The position numbers and the translations under genes were made by a program. The notes beneath the pieces are model-generated. The model saw only the letters and a list, made by a program, of their open reading frames with translations. It was not told the origin of the DNA and made no database searches. A stretch of 63,318 bases of DNA, filler included. It is 7 parts of 7 records of this genome, joined end to end, with 100 filler letters (N's around TTAATTAATTAA, not from the genome) between each part and the next. Parts side by side here need not be neighbours in the genome. Positions count along the whole stretch, not along the records: positions 58,077 to 63,318 come from SRR20825019_2273; 6 more parts are not named here. One strand, given 5' to 3'. Numbering within the stretch: position 1 is the stretch's first letter; every line of letters starts with the position of its first letter. Of this stretch, positions 58,077 to 63,318 are shown one piece after another.

Positions 58077-58703
58077 GGCCTGCTTTAACAATTGGTATGC
58101 CTGCACAACCTCGCGAAATATTTCCTCAGAACCGCGATCACCGCCGTTGGTGTCCGGGTGGTGCTTTTTCACCATCGCTTTGTATTGTTTCTTGATATCG
58201 TCAGAGGTCGCTGAAGCCGAAAGGCCGAGCGTCTCAAATGCCTTGGCCTCCAGCGTCTTCAGCTTTCGCTCGCGCTTCGGGCGTTGTGCGCGTGAACCGG
58301 GGCCGTCCTTGACAAAGCCGAATGGGTCATGTGCGCGCGAAAATGACGCGGTATTGCCTGCCTTTTTCGAGCCGTTGACCGGTGTCTTGCGGGTGTCGCC
58401 GTTGACGCCCACTGTCCATGTCGGACGGTGGCCAGTCAGAGCTTCCTTCTGGTAGCGGGCGATTTCGCTGTCGGACAGACCGTCGAAATAGTTATAGCCC
58501 TTGTTGTAGGTTTTCACATGTTCAAAACAGAACAGGAAGAACTGCCCCTCGGCATTGCGGCCGACGGGAGCGCGGTGTTTTCCGGGCTTGTTGCAGCCGT
58601 CCCATTGACACACGGGAGTTTCGGCCTCCGCTTCTTTCTTTGCGGAAGCCGGGCGTTTGCGCTTGGTGCGCAGCCGGTCAAAATATTTCGAGTCGAGATT
58701 CAT
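58077..58703 (-). CDS. J-domain (DnaJ-class) co-chaperone of Rhizobiales; last codons cut off
   Basis: MNLDSKYFD; CQWDGC..HRAP..FCFEHV..YN..YNYF; GHRPTW; C-terminal J domain with HPD (KKHHPDTNGGDR). Confidence 0.92.
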
Positions 58704-58812
58704 AGCGCCTGATTATGACCTTCATGAGCCGTCACAACAAGAATTGACAACGGGCTTTGTTACTGGCTTTGTGGAGCGTTGACATGCGCTTCGCAAAAAC
58801 CGGGACAAAGAC

Positions 58813-59094
58813 ATGGGTTCAACCGCCGAAATCGAGAACAAGCTGAAACGCATTTTCGATCCCGAACGCCTGGTTCTGATGGATGAAAGTGCCCGGCATG
58901 CCGGGCACATCGAAGCGTCGGATAGTCCGGCGCTGAGCCATCTAAGAGTGCGGATTGTTTCCGCTCACTTTGAAGGGCTGACACGTTTAGAGCGGCATCG
59001 TGCCGTGAATGAGGCATTAAGCCAGGAAATTTCAGATGGCCTGCACGCGCTTGCCATCGAAGCAGCGGCGCCCGGCGAGAGGACACGCTGGTAA
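58813..59094 (+). CDS. bolA: BolA family protein
   Basis: DESARHAGH...SHLRVRIVSAHFEGLTRLERHRAVN...GLHALAI. Confidence 0.93.
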   Translation: MGSTAEIENKLKRIFDPERLVLMDESARHAGHIEASDSPALSHLRVRIVSAHFEGLTRLERHRAVNEALSQEISDGLHALAIEAAAPGERTRW

Positions 59095-59112
59095 CGCCAC
59101 CGGGGGCGGCTG

Positions 59113-60429
59113 TCAACGCGAAGGTGTCATGGCCGCCGCGCCATCCAATGGGCGGATTCGCAGTTTGGTGATGCGATTCTTCTCACGCTTCATCACGATG
59201 AAACGCTTGCCGTAAAACGTAAACGACTGACGTTCTTCCGGAATGGTCTGGCTTTCGTGGATCACCAGACCGGCAATCGTAGTCGCCTCCTCGTCCGGCA
59301 AGGTCCAGTCAAGTGCACGGTTGAGATCCCGGATCGGAACCGTGCCGTCAACGACAATCGAGCCATCGGCTTCCTGCTGTACACCGGAAATCTCCAGATC
59401 GTGTTCATCGGAAATATCACCGACGATTTCTTCCAGAATGTCTTCCAGCGTGACAATACCCTGGACCTCGCCATACTCATCCACGACAACGGCGATATGA
59501 ACTTTTTTGCGCAAAAAGGCGTTGAGTTGGTCTTTCAGATTGGTGCTGTCGGGCACAAACCACGGTTTTTGTGCGACCTTCACGATATCGATCGTCGATG
59601 GGGAGGCGTGCGGTTCCGCAAGCGCGCGTGACAGATCCTTTGAATGGATCATGCCAATAATGTTATCAATCGAACCACGCCAGACAGGCAAGCGTGTGTA
59701 GGGGCTTTCAAGTACGGACTTGACTGCGGCTTCCGGTGTGTCATCGGCGTTGACCGCCCGCATGGCGGTACGGTGGATCATCACGTCTGAGACTTCCAGT
59801 TCACCGAGGTCCAGAACCCCGCCCAACCTGTCGCGGTCGGCTTTGACCACGGAGCCTTCCCTATGAAGAAGATCAACGGCGCCGCGTAACTCATCATGTG
59901 CTGAAAGCATCGAGCCGCTCTTGGAAAGCGTGACGCCGAAGCGCCCGAGTATGAAGCGGACGATCATGTTCACCAGACTTGAAAGCGGCCCGATGACCAT
60001 GAACACAATGCGCACCAGCGGCGCAACAGTCAGCGCAAAACGGTCTGTTGCCGAAATGGCCCAGCTTTTCGGCAGAACTTCGGCGAAGACGACCAGAAGC
60101 GCAGTCATGATCAGCGTTGCATAGGCCACGCCATTGGCACCGAAAATGCTTAAAAACAGTGTCGTCGTCAGCGATGAGGCCAGAATATTGACGAGATTGT
60201 TGCCGATCAGCAGCGCACCGATCAATCGGTCCTGACGGGCAATCATCGTTGAAACCGTTCCGGCGCGTTTGTCTCCCTGCTGTTCCAGCGAGTGCATACG
60301 CGCTCGCGAGACGGCGGTCAGTGCGGTCTCTGAGCCTGAGAAGAATGCCGAGATGACAATCAGGCCGACGATGACAGCCATAATTAATCCGTACTCGGCA
60401 AAGAATTGCGATATATCGCTCATCATCAT
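59113..60429 (-). CDS. HlyC/CorC (CNNM-CBS-CorC) family transporter
   Basis: SAFFSGSETA, LIGNNLVNI, FAEVLPK, CBS pair (YTRLPV; VVDEYG..GIVTLEDILEEIVG), CorC domain. Confidence 0.95.
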   Translation of the reverse strand: MMMSDISQFFAEYGLIMAVIVGLIVISAFFSGSETALTAVSRARMHSLEQQGDKRAGTVSTMIARQDRLIGALLIGNNLVNILASSLTTTLFLSIFGANGVAYATLIMTALLVVFAEVLPKSWAISATDRFALTVAPLVRIVFMVIGPLSSLVNMIVRFILGRFGVTLSKSGSMLSAHDELRGAVDLLHREGSVVKADRDRLGGVLDLGELEVSDVMIHRTAMRAVNADDTPEAAVKSVLESPYTRLPVWRGSIDNIIGMIHSKDLSRALAEPHASPSTIDIVKVAQKPWFVPDSTNLKDQLNAFLRKKVHIAVVVDEYGEVQGIVTLEDILEEIVGDISDEHDLEISGVQQEADGSIVVDGTVPIRDLNRALDWTLPDEEATTIAGLVIHESQTIPEERQSFTFYGKRFIVMKREKNRITKLRIRPLDGAAAMTPSR

Positions 60430-61583
60430 TTCGGATGTTTTTCCGTCAGAAATGCCAGAACTTCCGAAGGCGGCACGTTATCGGCGATGAATGCTTCGCC
60501 AATGCCGCGCGTTAGAATAAAGGTCAGCTTGCCGCCCTTTACCTTTTTGTCCTGGCTGATTGCGTCCATCAATATATTGGGTGGCGGCAGTGATCCGTCA
60601 ATATCATTCATGGTTGTCGGCAGACCGGCCTCTTTCAGGTGATGCGCCACCCGTTTGGCATCATCGGGGCTGGCAAGGTTCATGCGCGCTGAAAATTCGT
60701 GTGCCAGAACCATGCCGATGGCCACACCTTCTCCATGGACAAGGCGGGTGCTGTCATAGTCGGTCGCTTTTTCCAGTGCGTGGCCGAAAGTGTGACCGAG
60801 GTTCAAAAGTGCCCGCTTGCCGTTTTCGCGCTCGTCTGCGGCGACGACGGCAGCCTTTGCTTCGCAGCTTTTGGCGATGGCCTCCGCACGGGCATGCTTG
60901 CCGGAAAAAATGCCGGCCCGGTTCTTTTCCAGCCAGTGGAAAAAATCCGGTTGGTCAATCAGCCCGTATTTGACGACTTCGGCATAACCGGCGGCAAATT
61001 CACGGCTGCTCAGCGTGTCGAGCACGGATGTATCGGCAAGCACCAGATCCGGTTGATGGAACACGCCGACGAGGTTCTTGCCGTGGCGTGCATTGATCCC
61101 GGTCTTGCCGCCCACTGACGAATCAACCTGCGCCAGAAGCGAAGTCGGTATCTGAATGAAATGGACGCCGCGACGTACGATCCCGGCAGCAAAACCAGCC
61201 AGATCGCCGATCACGCCACCGCCAAGCGCGATGACGGCATCAGAACGCTCAACCCGTGCTTCGAGAATACTGTCGACGACGGTGGTCAGGTTCTCGAAGC
61301 TTTTGGTTTTTTCACCTGGAGCAAGTGTGATTACGTAGGTTTCGATGCCATCGGTCTGCAGGCTTTCCACAAGCCTGTCGAGATAAAGCGCACCGACATT
61401 CTTGTCGGTTACGATGGTGACCTTGCGACAATTGAGACGGGCGAGGATTTCGCCGCCGGCATGGTTTAGCAGGTCGCTGCCAATGAGAATGTCATAGCTG
61501 CGTGTGTCGAGATCGACCCGCACAATCTTTCGATCATCCGGTTTTCGATCATCCGCCTTGCGGTCACCCGGCATTTCAGTCAT
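60426..61583 (-). CDS. aroB: 3-dehydroquinate synthase
   Basis: GEKTKS, ALGGGVIGDLAGF, PTSLLAQVDSSVGGKTGIN, LNLGHTFGHA, HGEGV, DKK; the ATG at 61583 overlaps the aroK stop. Confidence 0.97.
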   Translation of the reverse strand: MTEMPGDRKADDRKPDDRKIVRVDLDTRSYDILIGSDLLNHAGGEILARLNCRKVTIVTDKNVGALYLDRLVESLQTDGIETYVITLAPGEKTKSFENLTTVVDSILEARVERSDAVIALGGGVIGDLAGFAAGIVRRGVHFIQIPTSLLAQVDSSVGGKTGINARHGKNLVGVFHQPDLVLADTSVLDTLSSREFAAGYAEVVKYGLIDQPDFFHWLEKNRAGIFSGKHARAEAIAKSCEAKAAVVAADERENGKRALLNLGHTFGHALEKATDYDSTRLVHGEGVAIGMVLAHEFSARMNLASPDDAKRVAHHLKEAGLPTTMNDIDGSLPPPNILMDAISQDKKVKGGKLTFILTRGIGEAFIADNVPPSEVLAFLTEKHPK

Positions 61584-62175
61584 TGGCTGTTTCCTCGTTC
61601 TTGTCATGAAGCGCGGCCAGTGCCTTCAGCACATCGCGCATCACCGTTTCCTTGCGCACATTGCGCGAAAGCACGGTGACTTCAGCTTCTGCATAAACCG
61701 GGTAGCGCGCATCCATCAGATTTTTAAGCGTCTGTTTCGGGTTTTCTGTTTTCAGGAGTGGCCGCGTCTGGCGGCGGCGAACCCGGTCCCACAGTGTTTC
61801 CAGGTCGGCCTTGAGCCAGAGGGAAAGCCCTGCATCGGAAATCAGCTTGCGGTTGACCGGGTTGATGAAAGCGCCGCCACCCGTGGAGACGATCGCCGGT
61901 CCTTCGGCAAGGATACGTTCGATGACCCGCGTTTCCAGAGCCCGGAATTCCGGTTCTCCGTATTGTTCAAACAGGTCTGCAACCGACATCTGTGCGGCTG
62001 CTTCGATTTCCTGATCGGTATCGACGTAAGGGAGGTTCAGCTTGTCAGCGACGAGTTTGCCTATCGCCGTCTTGCCAGCACCCATCAGCCCGACGAGTAT
62101 CAGATTGCGCCCCGCCAGCCCGCTCAGAGCTTTCTGTTTTAGGTTCGGATTGCCCGAATCTTGCTTTGCGTTCAT
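61576..62175 (-). CDS. aroK: Shikimate kinase
   Basis: P-loop [34 protein letters not shown]; start is ATG 62175 or GTG 62199. Confidence 0.96.
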   Translation of the reverse strand: MNAKQDSGNPNLKQKALSGLAGRNLILVGLMGAGKTAIGKLVADKLNLPYVDTDQEIEAAAQMSVADLFEQYGEPEFRALETRVIERILAEGPAIVSTGGGAFINPVNRKLISDAGLSLWLKADLETLWDRVRRRQTRPLLKTENPKQTLKNLMDARYPVYAEAEVTVLSRNVRKETVMRDVLKALAALHDKNEETAND

Positions 62176-62264
62176 ATCGCGCCCATTGTTTTCAGTCACG
62201 TATCGGCAAATGCTGCCGGGGCGTCAAGTCAAAGCGATCTGTAACATGGGGAATCACTGAGGAA

Positions 62265-63218
62265 ATGGCTCTGGATCTTTCAGGCGCACATATCGAGGCA
62301 TTTCTTGAGATGTTGAGCGCAGAACGCGGCGCATCACTGAACACGCTTTCCGCCTACAAGCACGATCTGGATGATTTTCGCGATTTCCAGACGGATCGTG
62401 GTGTTATTGTAGATGATGCGGCGACGGCGGATATTTCGGCATATCTCTCAAATCTTGTCGTGCGCGGCTTTGCGGCCACCTCACAAGCGAGGCGGCTTTC
62501 GGCGCTGAAACAGTTTTATCAGTTTCTTTATGCCGAAGGATTGCGCGGAGACGATCCTACCGGCGTGATCGATTCTCCGAAAAAAGGCAGGGCACTTCCG
62601 AAAATACTTTCGGTCAAGGATGTGGATATGCTTCTGGAACGCGCAAGACTGGAGGCGGCACAAGAAGGGCCGGGCCGTTTCGAACGGTTGCGGATGGCCG
62701 CCCTTCTGGAAACGCTTTATGCCAGCGGTATGCGCGTTTCCGAACTTGTCACACTGCCGGTCAGTATCATGAAGCGACAAGAGCGATTTGTCACGATCCG
62801 GGGCAAGGGTAACAAGGAACGCGCCGTGCCGCTGTCACGCCGGGCACTGGCGGCTCTTCAGGCTTTTGATACGGTACGTATTGAGACTGTGGAAGGAACG
62901 GATGCGGCTGAAAACCCTTACCTTTTTGCCTCATCAGGGCGCAACGGCCACCTTGCCCGGCAAGTTTTCGCGCGTGACCTGAAAGGGCTTGCCGCCCGCG
63001 CCGGGCTTGCCGCAGCTTCCGTCTCTCCGCATGTCCTGCGCCATGCCTTTGCAAGTCACCTTTTGCAGAACGGTGCAGACCTGCGCGCCGTGCAGGAAAT
63101 GCTGGGTCATGCGGACATTTCCACAACGCAGATTTACACGCATGTTCTTGAAGAAAGGCTTCGTGAACTTGTCGAAATGCATCACCCCCTTGCAAAAATA
63201 GCTAAAAAACGGGATTAA
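62265..63218 (+). CDS. xerD: Site-specific tyrosine recombinase XerD
   Basis: [68 protein letters not shown]; ends HHPL. The real start is ATG 62265; the track's extension overlaps aroK. Confidence 0.93.
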   Translation: MALDLSGAHIEAFLEMLSAERGASLNTLSAYKHDLDDFRDFQTDRGVIVDDAATADISAYLSNLVVRGFAATSQARRLSALKQFYQFLYAEGLRGDDPTGVIDSPKKGRALPKILSVKDVDMLLERARLEAAQEGPGRFERLRMAALLETLYASGMRVSELVTLPVSIMKRQERFVTIRGKGNKERAVPLSRRALAALQAFDTVRIETVEGTDAAENPYLFASSGRNGHLARQVFARDLKGLAARAGLAAASVSPHVLRHAFASHLLQNGADLRAVQEMLGHADISTTQIYTHVLEERLRELVEMHHPLAKIAKKRD

Positions 63219-63293
63219 GCGGCATCAAATAACAAACATATGAACATTGCAGCCGGTCAGGCCGCTTCAGGGATAACCACGGAAAGTCCGACA

Positions 63294-63318
63294 ATGTACA
63301 GCTATCTCGATTTCGAAA
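63294..63318 (+). CDS. accA: Start of acetyl-CoA carboxylase carboxyltransferase alpha subunit
   Basis: MYSYLDFE matches the AccA N-terminus (..YLDFEKP), and xerD-accA is a common Rhizobiales gene order. Only 8 codons are visible. Confidence 0.7.

Noticed and set aside
61528-61560. 15-nt tandem duplication in the aroB 5' end (KADDRKPDDRK)
   Set aside because: Short in-frame duplication in a variable N-terminal tail; no functional implication evident.
61992-63218. Tyrosine recombinase as a phage or island integrase
   Set aside because: The sequence and the aroK-xerD-accA context match housekeeping XerD; no att sites or mobile cargo seen.
1-63318. CRISPR arrays, tRNA/rRNA genes, IS elements
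   Set aside because: No repeat-spacer periodicity, RNA gene or transposase recognised by eye. A covariance-model search was not possible, so small RNAs could be missed.

Overview
This window is not one locus. It is seven unrelated contigs joined by six 100-nt artificial spacers (N44-TTAATTAATTAA-N44). (1) 1-10647, alphaproteobacterial (Thalassospira-like, by inference): partial mmsA/iolA, a divergent LysR regulator, a C-A-T-KS-AT-ACP hybrid NRPS-PKS and a truncated downstream NRPS. (2) 10748-19524, intronless eukaryotic ORF open at both ends: about 7 TM helices, then at least 13 tandem FixL-type PAS domains that all keep the haem-ligating His. This is the most striking feature. (3) 19625-29875, compact eukaryote with 49-85-nt GT-AG introns and GC-rich intergenic islands: four hypothetical spliced genes and DNMT2/TRDMT1. 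(4) 29976-37680, Bacteroidota: T9SS cargo genes, PorP/SprF, a crystallin-like protein, and a beta-barrel/Ig-repeat protein ending in QWPAYQAQGA repeats. (5) 37781-49813, intron-rich eukaryote: two head-to-head giant Cys-rich surface proteins, one with an isolated in-frame TAG and the other with a frameshift. (6) 49914-57976, intronless, kinetoplastid-like organisation: C-type-lectin surface protein and CLN3/battenin. (7) 58077-63318, Rhizobiales housekeeping block: J-domain protein, bolA, HlyC/CorC, aroB, aroK, xerD, start of accA. Gene models were read by hand. Family and taxon calls rest on motif recognition only, with no database searches.
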